Origin: Phycisphaerales bacterium | GTDB taxonomy: Bacteria; Planctomycetota; Phycisphaerae; Phycisphaerales; SM1A02 | Length of the DNA: 64,000 nt | Assembly (NCBI GenBank): GCA_022446965.1 | Contig: JAKVBV010000011.1 | Span: 1,335 to 65,334, forward strand | Direction of reading: 5' to 3' | Shown here: piece after piece, positions 37,266 to 46,561 of the stretch | How the letters are laid out: every line of letters starts with the position of its first letter | Position numbering within the stretch: position 1 is the stretch's first letter | Position numbers and translations under genes: made by a program | Notes under the pieces: model-generated | What the model was told of the DNA's origin: nothing | Databases searched by the model: none | The model's input: the letters and a program-made list of their open reading frames with translations, nothing else

Positions 37266-38852
37266 ATGTCCGTCTCGACCACTGATCCTCGCCCTGGCGA
37301 CGTAGACACGATTCCGATTCTCGACTTCGGCAGTCAGTATGTGCAGCTCATCGCACGCCGAGTGCGCGAGGCTGGTGCCTTCGGCGTGCTGCTGGCTCCC
37401 GATGCCTCGCCCGAAGAGATCATGCGCTGGAAGCCCAAGGGCATCATTCTTTCCGGCGGCCCGGCAAGCATCGACGAAGATGGCGCGCCGACATGCCATC
37501 CCGATCTGTTCGATCTCGATCTGCCCATGCTTGGTATCTGTTACGGCATGCAGTTGGGGAGCAGCAAGCTCGGCGCCACGGTGTGTCGCGCCGAGGCTTC
37601 GGAGTACGGGCGAGCCCAGCTGCAGGTGAAGCAGGCGACTGGCTTGTTCGCGGGCCTTCCGGACGACACCACGGTGTGGATGAGCCACGGCGATCAGGTG
37701 GAATCGGTCACCGATCACTTTGATGTGCTCGCCTCGACCGACACGTGCCCGGTGGCCGCGGTCAAACACAAGCATCGTGACTTCTATGGCCTCCAGTTCC
37801 ACCCCGAAGTCACGCACACGCCGCTTGGTGCAGACATCCTTCGCAACTTCATCTACGAAGTCTGCTCGTGCTCCGGCACATGGCGGATGGCCGACTACAT
37901 GGAGATGCAGTGCGCCGCGCTGCCTGAGATCGTCGGTGATCACCGAGTGGTCTGCGGGCTCAGCGGTGGCGTCGACTCATCGGTGGTGGCGGCACTGCTG
38001 CACAAGGCCATCGGCGACAAACTCACCTGCATCTTCGTGGACAACGGGCTGCTGCGGAAGAACGAACGAGATATGGTGGAAACCACGTTTCGTGATCACT
38101 TCGACATCGATCTGCGGGTGGTCGACGCAGAGGCTGAGTTCCTGTCCGATCTCGAGGGCATCGATGATCCTCAGGAAAAGCGCAAACGCATTGGTCACCG
38201 GTTCATTGACGTGTTCTCCAAGTCGGCCGCCGAGGTAGTCAAGGATGGCGGCCCTGCCGTGAAGTTCCTTGCCCAGGGCACGCTGTACCCCGATGTCATC
38301 GAATCAGGCCACGGTCATGCCGGTACGGCCGCCAACATCAAACTGCACCACAACGTCGGCGGACTGCCCGACGATCTGGAATTCGATTTGATCGAGCCGC
38401 TGCGTGATCTGTTCAAGGACGAGGTTCGCGCTCTGGGTGAAGTGCTCGGTGTGCCGCCAGACATTGTCTGGCGGCATCCGTTCCCAGGGCCGGGGCTGGC
38501 CGTTCGAGTGCTGGGCGAGATCACCAAGCCGCGGTTGGATCTGCTTCGTGAGTGTGATGAAATCGTACTCGAGGAAATAGTCGCAGCCGACCTTTACCGG
38601 TCCACACAGCAGGTGTTCGCCGTGCTCTTGCCTGTGCGTTCAGTTGGTGTGATGGGTGATGGTCGCACCTACGACTCGGTTGTCGCCGTTCGAGCGGTGG
38701 AAACTCAGGACTTCATGACCGCAGACTGGGCGCGTATTCCTCACGACGTGCTGGCCACGATCAGCAACCGCATCATCAACGAAGTCGATGGTGTCAATCG
38801 CGTCGTGTACGACATCTCCAGCAAGCCGCCAGCCACAATCGAGTGGGAGTGA
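37266..38852 (+). CDS. guaA: GMP synthase (glutamine-hydrolysing)
   Basis: '[20 protein letters not shown]', 'GICYGMQ', '[11 protein letters not shown]' (PP-loop) and C-terminal '[10 protein letters not shown]'. ATG 37266. Confidence 0.92.
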   Translation: MSVSTTDPRPGDVDTIPILDFGSQYVQLIARRVREAGAFGVLLAPDASPEEIMRWKPKGIILSGGPASIDEDGAPTCHPDLFDLDLPMLGICYGMQLGSSKLGATVCRAEASEYGRAQLQVKQATGLFAGLPDDTTVWMSHGDQVESVTDHFDVLASTDTCPVAAVKHKHRDFYGLQFHPEVTHTPLGADILRNFIYEVCSCSGTWRMADYMEMQCAALPEIVGDHRVVCGLSGGVDSSVVAALLHKAIGDKLTCIFVDNGLLRKNERDMVETTFRDHFDIDLRVVDAEAEFLSDLEGIDDPQEKRKRIGHRFIDVFSKSAAEVVKDGGPAVKFLAQGTLYPDVIESGHGHAGTAANIKLHHNVGGLPDDLEFDLIEPLRDLFKDEVRALGEVLGVPPDIVWRHPFPGPGLAVRVLGEITKPRLDLLRECDEIVLEEIVAADLYRSTQQVFAVLLPVRSVGVMGDGRTYDSVVAVRAVETQDFMTADWARIPHDVLATISNRIINEVDGVNRVVYDISSKPPATIEWE

Positions 38853-38861
38853 GGTCGCGGT

Positions 38862-39941
38862 TCACTCCGCGGCGAGGCGGGCGAACACGAGTCGGCCGGC
38901 GGTGGTCTGCACCGAGTTGGTGATCTCGATGGTGACCGTGGAGCCCACCGCCTCGGCGGCGTGTTCAATCACGACCATGGTGCCGTCGGGCATGAATCCT
39001 ACGCCCTGATCTGGCGACTCGCCCACACGTTGCACGTCGATTTCCATGTGCTGTCCGGGCACGACAGGTCCACGCAGCAGGCCGCCAAGATCATGCAGGC
39101 TGAGCACGGCAACATTGCGCACTTCCGCAACGCGGGCGAGGTTGGTGTCTGACGTCACGATGCGGAGGTTCTTTTCCTCGGCCAGATCGACCAGCAACGC
39201 GTCGACATCGTGATCGGTGTCGTCCATCCGCTCGATGTTCACATTGACCCGCGGAATGGCCTGCAGCTGGCGGAGATTCGCCATGCCGCGGCGACCTCGT
39301 TCCCGTTTCGTCTTGTCGTCGGAATCCGAGAGCCGGTGCATTTCGTCAATCACGGGTTGAGGCACGATCAATGGGGCATCGAGGAAGCCGGTTTCGGCCA
39401 CGGTGCCGATGCGGCCGTCGATCAAGGCCGATGTGTCGATCAACATGGGCCGTACGCCGCGGACTTGCCGGGAGAATTCAACATAGGGCAGCAGCAGGCG
39501 GATGCTGTCGCGGGTGCTCAGCACCACCGACACCGCCAGATACGTGAGGGTGAGGCCTGTGGCCAGTTTGAGCAGCGTGAGGTATTGCAGCGCCTGCGAG
39601 TCGTTGGCGATGCCCCAGGCTTCGGCGATCAGGTCGATGAGCGTGCCCACAGCCAGCGCCGCAAAGAGCCCGGCCACGATGGCCAGATACACACCGACCA
39701 CATTGGAGATGCGTTTGTTCGGTGTGCGGGCGTCCAGGAGAATCACGATCACCGACACGGCGATCGTGGCGGCCAGCGGCGCGAGTGCCATGGTCCAGCC
39801 CCAGCCGGTGGTCGGGGCCGGGCCGATCAGCGGCAGCGAGGCTGCGGCGATCATCAACGCGATGTACACCAGACGAACCGACAGCAGCAGGAAGGGCTGG
39901 CCGTCGGGGCGGGCGGACTGTGCCTTGTCTGTTGATTCCAT
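38862..39941 (-). CDS. PIN/TRAM domain membrane protein (YacL-like)
   Basis: Four N-terminal TM helices, a PIN core ('MLIDTSALIDGRI...IVTSDTNL') and a C-terminal TRAM ('MEIDVQRVGESPDQGVGFMPDGTMVVI'). ATG 39941; GTG 39950 is also possible. Confidence 0.8.
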   Translation of the reverse strand: MESTDKAQSARPDGQPFLLLSVRLVYIALMIAAASLPLIGPAPTTGWGWTMALAPLAATIAVSVIVILLDARTPNKRISNVVGVYLAIVAGLFAALAVGTLIDLIAEAWGIANDSQALQYLTLLKLATGLTLTYLAVSVVLSTRDSIRLLLPYVEFSRQVRGVRPMLIDTSALIDGRIGTVAETGFLDAPLIVPQPVIDEMHRLSDSDDKTKRERGRRGMANLRQLQAIPRVNVNIERMDDTDHDVDALLVDLAEEKNLRIVTSDTNLARVAEVRNVAVLSLHDLGGLLRGPVVPGQHMEIDVQRVGESPDQGVGFMPDGTMVVIEHAAEAVGSTVTIEITNSVQTTAGRLVFARLAAE

Positions 39942-39999
39942 GGACGTCACACAGGCCAGTGTACCTCGCAGGCTTCGCCTCGATTACCATGTGTCCGAC

Positions 40000-40116
40000 G
40001 GGATCAGGAGGCGGTCGGGCCCCCGGGCGGGTGGCTCGTGAACCTGGTCAGGGCTTGATCGCAGCAGCCATAAGCGTCGCGATCCGTGCCGTGGATCGCC
40101 TGGCCGCCTCCCGGTC
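40000..40116 (+). ncRNA. ffs: signal recognition particle RNA (small 4.5S-type), boundaries approximate
   Basis: 'ACCTGGTCAGG-N10-AGCAGCC' aligns position for position with the E. coli 4.5S domain IV 'ACCAGGUCAGGUCCGGAAGGAAGCAGCC'. The flanks pair (GGAGGCGGTCGGGC ... GCCTGGCCGCCTCC). Location directly upstream of dnaX-ybaB-recR is the classical ffs position. The apical loop is not an obvious GNRA. Confidence 0.6.
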
Positions 40117-40155
40117 CCGTCAAGCATTTGGACGCTTGTCCACAGTGGAGGTTGT

Positions 40156-41817
40156 GTGAGTTACACGGTTCTTGCCCGGCGATATCGATCCCGCGACTTT
40201 GACGAGCTCGTTGGACAGGATGTCGTCGCCGACACGCTTCGACGCGCTGTCGAGCAGGATCGAGTGGCCCATGCGTATCTCTTCTGCGGCACACGCGGTG
40301 TGGGCAAGACCAGCATGGCCCGCATCCTTGCCCGAGCCTTGAACGCGGTGGACACCCTCGGCGATACCCAAGGTGTGGGCGACGCCATCATGCGGGGCGA
40401 CGATCTCGACGTGATCGAGATCGACGGCGCGTCCAATCGAGGCGTCGAACAGGCCAGAGAACTGATCGCAGCCGCCGGGCTGTCGCCGGCTCGGTGTCCC
40501 TATCGGATCTACATCATCGACGAGGTGCACATGCTCACCTCGGAGGCGTTCAACACGCTGCTCAAGACGATGGAAGAACCGCCGTCGCACGTGAAGTTCA
40601 TCCTGTGCACGACCGAGCCGCACAAGGTGCCGGCCACGATCCGCAGCCGTTGCCAGCGGTTCGATTTCAAGCCCATCGCCATGAGCGACATCGTGGGGCA
40701 TCTGCAGCACGTGGTCGACACCGAAGGCGTGAAGGTAGAAGCCGGTGTGCTCGACCGAGTGGCCGCACTGGGGCAGGGCTCGATGCGAGACGCACTCAGC
40801 GTGCTCGAACGACTATTGGCCGCCGGCGACGCTTCGATCGATATGGACACGGTGGAAGCCACGCTCGGACTGCCACCAACCGCGCTGGTACACGGCATCA
40901 TCGATGCGGTGTTGGATGGCGCTGCCGATGCTGCCTTGCAACAGGCCAATGCGTTGCAACAGCAGGGCATCGCACTCGATCAGGTGATCGAGTCGCTGGT
41001 GGAAACCAATCGTGAGCTCATGCTGATGTGCACGTGCGGGGTGGACACCGAATTGATCGACGCCGGCGAGACGCAGCGTGAGGCACTTGCCCAGCGGGCC
41101 CAGCTTGGACGCCCGGATGTGTTTGCTCATGCCGTGGCGGTGTTCGAAGCCGTCGCGCGGCAGTCGGCCATGGCCGCCTCGGCCGGTGCGCTCTTTGACG
41201 CAGCCCTGGTGCGATTGGCACTGGCCAGTTCGATGGAAGACGACACGCGCACAGATGCGCAGCAGTCCGCGCCGGTCGCGGCTAAAAAAAAACGACCCGC
41301 AGCACGGCCTGAGCCGTCGGTGAAGCCAGCGGCGGCCACGCCAAGCATCACGCCCGCTGCCGCCAAGTCTCCCCGGAAGAAGAAGGCGCCGGATGTCTCC
41401 GCGACGGCTGAAACACCGCCGCCTGCGGCCGGCTCATCGATGACCGAATCGTGGGCGACATTCTGTAGCAGCTTGGAGTCACGAGCACTGCAGGTAGCTG
41501 CGGAAATGCTCACGCCCAGATCCATGGACAATGGCACGATTCACCTCGATGTGGACGGCAGTTCCATCGTGGTGGAAGACAAACTCGATCAATTGCAGGC
41601 GGCTGCCGCAGGCATTCTGGGCAGCGGCACCACACTTGTCTTGAACTCGTCGACGCCCGCCACGCCGCCGCCATCGGCATCGGCGTCGTTGTCTCAGGCT
41701 GGCGCCGATCCACTGGTCAAGATGGTCAGTGAAGTCTTTGATGCCGAAGTCGTGCAGGTCAAGGCGTCCAGTGCGTCGGCGCCACAGCACACGCAGGAGC
41801 GAACGCAGGATGTTTGA
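40156..41817 (+). CDS. dnaX: DNA polymerase III subunits gamma/tau
   Basis: 'YTVLARRYRSRDFDELVGQD' and 'AHAYLFCGTRGVGKTSMARILA' (Walker A), 'YIIDEVHML', 'FILCTTEPHKVP'. GTG start. Confidence 0.92.
   Translation: MSYTVLARRYRSRDFDELVGQDVVADTLRRAVEQDRVAHAYLFCGTRGVGKTSMARILARALNAVDTLGDTQGVGDAIMRGDDLDVIEIDGASNRGVEQARELIAAAGLSPARCPYRIYIIDEVHMLTSEAFNTLLKTMEEPPSHVKFILCTTEPHKVPATIRSRCQRFDFKPIAMSDIVGHLQHVVDTEGVKVEAGVLDRVAALGQGSMRDALSVLERLLAAGDASIDMDTVEATLGLPPTALVHGIIDAVLDGAADAALQQANALQQQGIALDQVIESLVETNRELMLMCTCGVDTELIDAGETQREALAQRAQLGRPDVFAHAVAVFEAVARQSAMAASAGALFDAALVRLALASSMEDDTRTDAQQSAPVAAKKKRPAARPEPSVKPAAATPSITPAAAKSPRKKKAPDVSATAETPPPAAGSSMTESWATFCSSLESRALQVAAEMLTPRSMDNGTIHLDVDGSSIVVEDKLDQLQAAAAGILGSGTTLVLNSSTPATPPPSASASLSQAGADPLVKMVSEVFDAEVVQVKASSASAPQHTQERTQDV
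41284..41292 (+). promoter_or_regulatory. A9 slippery tract in dnaX (candidate -1 frameshift / transcriptional slippage site)
   Basis: In-frame AAA AAA AAA (codons 377-379), i.e. heptamer A_AAA_AAA. The -1 frame stops at TGA 41310-41312. The +1 frame stops at TGA 41321-41323. Confidence 0.45.
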
Positions 41818-42163
41818 TGGACTTAAGAACCTCGGCGCGATGGCGTCACTGATGAAGGACCTGCCCCGCATGCAGGCACGCATGCAGGAAGTGCGCGAGT
41901 CGCTCGCTGAGATTCGGGCCTACGGATCCGATGCATCGGGCACCGTGAACGTGGTGGCTCGAGGTGATCTGCGGGTGGACGATGTGCACATCGGCGACGG
42001 GGCACCGCAAGATTGCGCCGCGCTGCAGCAGGCGGTGAAGCAGGCCGCCAATGCCGCGTTGGAATCAGCGCAGGCCCAGGCCCAAGAACGGCTCGCGGCG
42101 GTAGCGCAAGAGATGGGTCTGCCCACGCCTTCAGCTGGTCAGCTGCCAGGCATGGGCATGTAA
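41810..42163 (+). CDS. ybaB: YbaB/EbfC family nucleoid-associated protein
   Basis: 'MFDGLKNLGAMASLMKDLPRMQARMQEVRE...' and its position between dnaX and recR. ATG 41810 overlaps the dnaX end by 8 nt. Confidence 0.85.
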   Translation: MFDGLKNLGAMASLMKDLPRMQARMQEVRESLAEIRAYGSDASGTVNVVARGDLRVDDVHIGDGAPQDCAALQQAVKQAANAALESAQAQAQERLAAVAQEMGLPTPSAGQLPGMGM

Positions 42164-42166
42164 GCG

Positions 42167-42793
42167 ATGCGTGGCTACCCCGAACCAGTCGAGCGGCTGC
42201 TGGCGGCGCTGGAGCGCCTGCCGGGTATCGGTCGTCGAACAGCGGGACGTCTGGCGTTTCATCTGCTCAAGGCCCCTCCGGAAGAAGCACGCGAGTTGTC
42301 CGCCGCCGTGGCGGCGGTCGTGGAGACGGTGGGGTGTTGCGGCACCTGCTGGCATCTCACGGATGTGCAGCCCTGTGCCATCTGCAGCAGGCACGACCGG
42401 CAGCGTGGCTGCGTGCTCGTGGTGGAACAGCCGCGTGATCTGCTTGGCATTGAAGGCACCGGCCTGCACGATGGCGTCTATCACGTGCTCATGGGCCGCA
42501 TCGATCCGCTTGGTGGGGTTGGGCCATCTGATCTCACCATCGGCGCGTTGGTCGAGCGTGTCACCGATCCGTCGTGCAATGCCGGCGGGGTGGCGGTGGC
42601 CGAGGTCATTCTTGGGCTGAGCCCCACCCTGGAGGGCGACGCCACGGCACTGCATCTGGCCGAAGTGCTTCGGCCCACCGGTGTGCGTGTGACCCGACTG
42701 GCTCGAGGTCTCTCTGCCGGAAGCAGTTTGGAACATGCGACGGCCGCCGTGCTCGCAGATGCACTGCATGGCCGAGCTTCGGTTGCGGAATGA
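42167..42793 (+). CDS. recR: recombination protein RecR
   Basis: 'LERLPGIGRRTAGRLAFHLL' (HhH), the 'C..C....C.IC' zinc finger and a Toprim region 'VLVVEQPRDLLGIE'. Confidence 0.92.
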   Translation: MRGYPEPVERLLAALERLPGIGRRTAGRLAFHLLKAPPEEARELSAAVAAVVETVGCCGTCWHLTDVQPCAICSRHDRQRGCVLVVEQPRDLLGIEGTGLHDGVYHVLMGRIDPLGGVGPSDLTIGALVERVTDPSCNAGGVAVAEVILGLSPTLEGDATALHLAEVLRPTGVRVTRLARGLSAGSSLEHATAAVLADALHGRASVAE

Positions 42794-44256
42794 TGGAACA
42801 GCGGCTGACACATACGACGTCACAGCAGACGCAGCAGAACCTGCGTACCTCACCGCGCATGATTCAATCGATGGAGATTCTGCAGATGCCGCTTCCGGCC
42901 TTGCAGGAGCGCATTGATCAGGAACTCGAGAGCAACATCGCGTTGGAGATCGACGAGGGTGCCGAGTCAGCCGAGACGGCCGCCGATGAGCAGCATGCTG
43001 ACGCCCCCGGGGAGAATGCCGAAGAGTTCGCTCGTCTCGACTCGATGGAGCGTGATTTCGGTGAGGACTACGACAACACCTACGGATCGCGTGGACTGCG
43101 ACGAGAGCGATCTGGAGACGGCGACTGGCGACAGGACTTCATGGCGAATCTCCGGGCGCGGGGCGACTCGCTCCAGGATGAAGTACTGCACCAGTGGACG
43201 TTCGCGGAGGTCGAGTCAGACATCGCCAAGGCCGGGCAGGTCTTGATCGAGTCGCTGTCCCCCGACGGTCTTCTTGAAGTGCCGCTCGAGGAACTCGCTG
43301 ACACGAGCGTGTCGCACGATGCGCTCGAGCAGGCGCTGGCCACGCTGCAAACGCTGGTGGAGCCATCGGGCATCGGTGCCCGCAGCTTGCAGGAGTGTCT
43401 GCTGCTGCAGGTGCGAGCCCAGATCGAGCAGGCGCCCGAAGATGCCGCGGCGTGGGGCGCGGTGCAGGCACTCATCGAGGATCACCTCGACGATCTCGTA
43501 CAGAACCGCCTTCCGGACATCGTCAAGGCCACGCCCTATGACATGGCGCAGGTTCGTGATGCCATGCGGTTGATGCATCGGTTGAGCCTGGCGCCTGGCA
43601 AGGACCTCACGCCAGATGACGTACTCCCGGTGATTCCCGACGTGCTCGTGGAGTACGACGACGTCTCGGACACCTACGTTGCCACGTTGCTCGACGGCCC
43701 GATTCCGCCGCTGCGAGTGTCGCCTCGCTATGTGGAGATGGCCCGAGACAAGGCGGTGGACACCCGTACTCGTCAGTTTCTTGAACGCAATGTCGACAAC
43801 GCGCGTTGGCTGGTGGATGCGCTGCAACAGCGGGGGGCCACGTTGCTCAAGGTGGTCGATGTGGTGCTCGACAAACAACGTCCGTTCTTTGATGAAGGGC
43901 CACGCAGTTTGAAGCCCCTGCCCATGACCGCAGTGGCGGACATCATCGGTGTGCACGTGGCGACGATCAGTCGTACGGTGGCCGACAAGTGGATGCAGAC
44001 ACCACGCGGCATCTTGCCGTTGCGTAGGTTCTTCTCCGGCGGTACGGCGACATCATCGGGTGAGCAGATGTCCTGGGATGCCGTCCGTGAGGTGCTGCGT
44101 GAGGTTGTCGAGCAGGAGGACTGCCGCAAACCTCACAGCGACGAGGCGCTCGCCGCTGCATTGCGTGAGCGCGGCATCGACATCGCCCGCAGGACGGTGG
44201 TCAAGTATCGACAGAAGATGGGCATTCCGCCGGCACGATTGCGGCGGGAGCATTAG
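42790..44256 (+). CDS. rpoN: RNA polymerase sigma-54 factor
   Basis: 'LRTSPRMIQSMEILQMPLPALQERIDQELESN' (region I), 'DIIGVHVATISRTVADKWMQTPRG' (HTH) and 'RRFFSGG' (RpoN box). The ATG overlaps the recR stop. Confidence 0.9.
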   Translation: MMEQRLTHTTSQQTQQNLRTSPRMIQSMEILQMPLPALQERIDQELESNIALEIDEGAESAETAADEQHADAPGENAEEFARLDSMERDFGEDYDNTYGSRGLRRERSGDGDWRQDFMANLRARGDSLQDEVLHQWTFAEVESDIAKAGQVLIESLSPDGLLEVPLEELADTSVSHDALEQALATLQTLVEPSGIGARSLQECLLLQVRAQIEQAPEDAAAWGAVQALIEDHLDDLVQNRLPDIVKATPYDMAQVRDAMRLMHRLSLAPGKDLTPDDVLPVIPDVLVEYDDVSDTYVATLLDGPIPPLRVSPRYVEMARDKAVDTRTRQFLERNVDNARWLVDALQQRGATLLKVVDVVLDKQRPFFDEGPRSLKPLPMTAVADIIGVHVATISRTVADKWMQTPRGILPLRRFFSGGTATSSGEQMSWDAVREVLREVVEQEDCRKPHSDEALAAALRERGIDIARRTVVKYRQKMGIPPARLRREH

Positions 44257-44262
44257 TGACGA

Positions 44263-44826
44263 TCAGATCTGCTCGATCTCGGTGACTTTGTTCGAGCACA
44301 ACTCTTCGATCTCGCCGATCTTGGCCTTGGTCAGGTCTTCGATGTCCGACTTGGCTCGTTTGGCTTGATCTTCAGACAACGGGTTGCTCTTGTCCTTGCA
44401 ATCCGAGTCAATCTGCTTGAGCACGTCGCGGCGTTCATTGCGAACGGCGACCTTGGCTTCTTCGCCCATCTTCTTCACCTGACCAGCCAATTGGGCACGC
44501 CGATCAGCCGATGGCGCGGGCACGCTCACACGGATGGCGTCACCTTCGACCATGGGGTTCAATCCCAGATCAGCGCCTTCGATTGTCTTGGCGATCTCGT
44601 TCTTGAGCGTCGGGTCGAATGGCTTCACCAGCAGCTGCGTGGACTCAGGCACGCTGACGGCGGCCAGATCACGCAGGTCACATGGCGAGCCGTAGGCTTC
44701 CACCTTGAGGTACTCCAGCAGCGCGGTGCTGGCTCGTCCGGTGCGAATACCTCGCAGTTCCTTGACGTAGTACTCGACGGGTTTGGACATGGCCGCACGG
44801 GCCGGCTTGACGTATTCAGTGCTCAT
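44263..44826 (-). CDS. frr: ribosome recycling factor
   Basis: 'LRGIRTGRASTALLEYLKVEAYG' and 'VRNERRDVLKQI'. Confidence 0.92.
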   Translation of the reverse strand: MSTEYVKPARAAMSKPVEYYVKELRGIRTGRASTALLEYLKVEAYGSPCDLRDLAAVSVPESTQLLVKPFDPTLKNEIAKTIEGADLGLNPMVEGDAIRVSVPAPSADRRAQLAGQVKKMGEEAKVAVRNERRDVLKQIDSDCKDKSNPLSEDQAKRAKSDIEDLTKAKIGEIEELCSNKVTEIEQI

Positions 44827-44844
44827 GATTGGATCCAGAGGGGC

Positions 44845-45570
44845 TCAGTCGGTTGATTTCACGCGGGTGCCGACATCCTCGCCATCGATGACGCGTTGGA
44901 TGTTGCCCCGTTGCTTGAAGTCGAATACCACCACGGGCAGGCCGTGTTCCATGCACATTGACAAGGCGGTGAGGTCCATCACGCCCAGTCGCTTGTCGAT
45001 GGCTTCGGCGAAGCTCAGCGTGTCGTAGCGCACGGCGTTGGCGTTGGTTGCTGGGTCGGCGCTGTAGACGCCGTCGACTTTGGTGGCCTTCAGCAGCACG
45101 TCGCAGTTGAGTTCTGTCGCTCGTAGGGCGGCGCAGGTGTCGGTCGTGAAGAAGGGGTTTCCTGTGCCGGCGGCCAGGATGACGACCCGGCCCTTGCCGA
45201 GGTGTCGCAATGCTCGCTTGCGGATGAAATCTTCGGCGATGGCGGGCATGTTGATGGCCGACATCAGACGTGCTTCGCATTCGGCGGCCTCCAGCGCCTC
45301 CTTGAGTGCCATGCCGTTCATCACGGTGCCCAGCATGCCCATGTAGTCGGCGGTGGACTGGTCGATGCCCAGCGTGCGGGCGACATTGGCGCCACGCATC
45401 ATGTTGCCACCGCCAACGACGACAGCCAGTTCGACGTCACCCTTGGCGGCCTGGGCGATCTCTCCGGCGATAGTGCCCAGTTCGTCGGCATCGATCCCCA
45501 TCTCGCCTGGGGTCGAGAAGCTCTCGCCGCTGATCTTCAGCAGCACGCGTCGGTAGGTGGTTGTGCCCAT
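44845..45570 (-). CDS. pyrH: UMP kinase
   Basis: 'YRRVLLKISGESF', 'VVGGGNMMRG' and 'AAGTGNPFFTTDT'. Confidence 0.92.
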   Translation of the reverse strand: MGTTTYRRVLLKISGESFSTPGEMGIDADELGTIAGEIAQAAKGDVELAVVVGGGNMMRGANVARTLGIDQSTADYMGMLGTVMNGMALKEALEAAECEARLMSAINMPAIAEDFIRKRALRHLGKGRVVILAAGTGNPFFTTDTCAALRATELNCDVLLKATKVDGVYSADPATNANAVRYDTLSFAEAIDKRLGVMDLTALSMCMEHGLPVVVFDFKQRGNIQRVIDGEDVGTRVKSTD

Positions 45571-45649
45571 GGGTGGGCATTGGACCTTGGCGGGTGGGTG
45601 CAGGTCAAGTCCGGCCCCTTGGTGTCCTCAGGGGCGGTAGGCTGGAGCC

Positions 45650-46561
45650 ATGGCCGTCTTGAGGCGTCTTCCCGTGCACAGTGCCGAACGCATCGGACTG
45701 ATCGTCCTTGTTGTGGCGTGTTCGGTGCTCCTACATCTGCTGCTGCTGAGCCTTGTGCGGTGGCCAGCGGCCGCGGCGACCAGGACACCTGAGACGGTTA
45801 CCTTGACCCTACGGCCACCTGTGGCACAGCCTGTTGCCGCGGCCCCTGTGGCCTCGGGCACCACCATGATTGATTTGACACCCGCCACCGAGCCGGCGCC
45901 GGCGCCAGCGCAGCCAACCGTACCTGTACTCGATCTCCCGGTCGTCGATGGCTCCACTGGCCAAGGGGCCTCCGGTGGCAGTGGCATGGCGGCGGGGGTG
46001 TCGATCGAGCCGGGGCTACTGGTGGATGTCGGCCCGGTGCAGGTGCCCGCTCGACGCATGGTCTTTCTCGTGGATGTCTCTGCCAGCATGGGGGGATCAC
46101 TCGGGCGTGAAAGCAGACTGGCTGACGCAGCGAGCGAGGCGGTGTGCACCGCGCTGCGTGGCTTGCCCGACACCGTGCAGTTTCGGGTGATGCTGTTCAG
46201 TGGCGCGGTGCGTGAACCGCTCGGTGACCGGTGGCTCTGGCCCAGTGCCACCGACGATGCCTGTGCAGCCGTGCAGGCGGCGCTGGCCACACCCAGTGGG
46301 CTCACCCGTACCGGCGCCGTGTTTGATGAAGCGGCGCTGCACACCATCGGCGCAGAGGCACTCGTGCTGGTGACAGATGGGGGCATTCAAGATCTCGAAG
46401 CTGGCACGTTGGCCCAATGGCTGGAGTACGCCCCGAGCGTGCGATTGGACGTGGTGTTGATTGGCCCGGTCGGCACACCCGATGCCGCGCAGCGTCAGCT
46501 CGAGCAGATGGCCAGACGCAGCGGTGGAGGATTGCACCGTCTCTTTGGAGGTGCACCATGA
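45650..46561 (+). CDS. membrane-anchored Pro/Ala-rich-linker VWA domain protein
   Basis: TM 'IGLIVLVVACSVLLHLLLLSLV'. Pro/Ala-rich spacer ('PPVAQPVAAAPVA...EPAPAPAQPTVP'). MIDAS 'VFLVDVSASMGG' (Asp codon at 46073) and 'LVLVTDGG'. Confidence 0.75.
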   Translation: MAVLRRLPVHSAERIGLIVLVVACSVLLHLLLLSLVRWPAAAATRTPETVTLTLRPPVAQPVAAAPVASGTTMIDLTPATEPAPAPAQPTVPVLDLPVVDGSTGQGASGGSGMAAGVSIEPGLLVDVGPVQVPARRMVFLVDVSASMGGSLGRESRLADAASEAVCTALRGLPDTVQFRVMLFSGAVREPLGDRWLWPSATDDACAAVQAALATPSGLTRTGAVFDEAALHTIGAEALVLVTDGGIQDLEAGTLAQWLEYAPSVRLDVVLIGPVGTPDAAQRQLEQMARRSGGGLHRLFGGAP

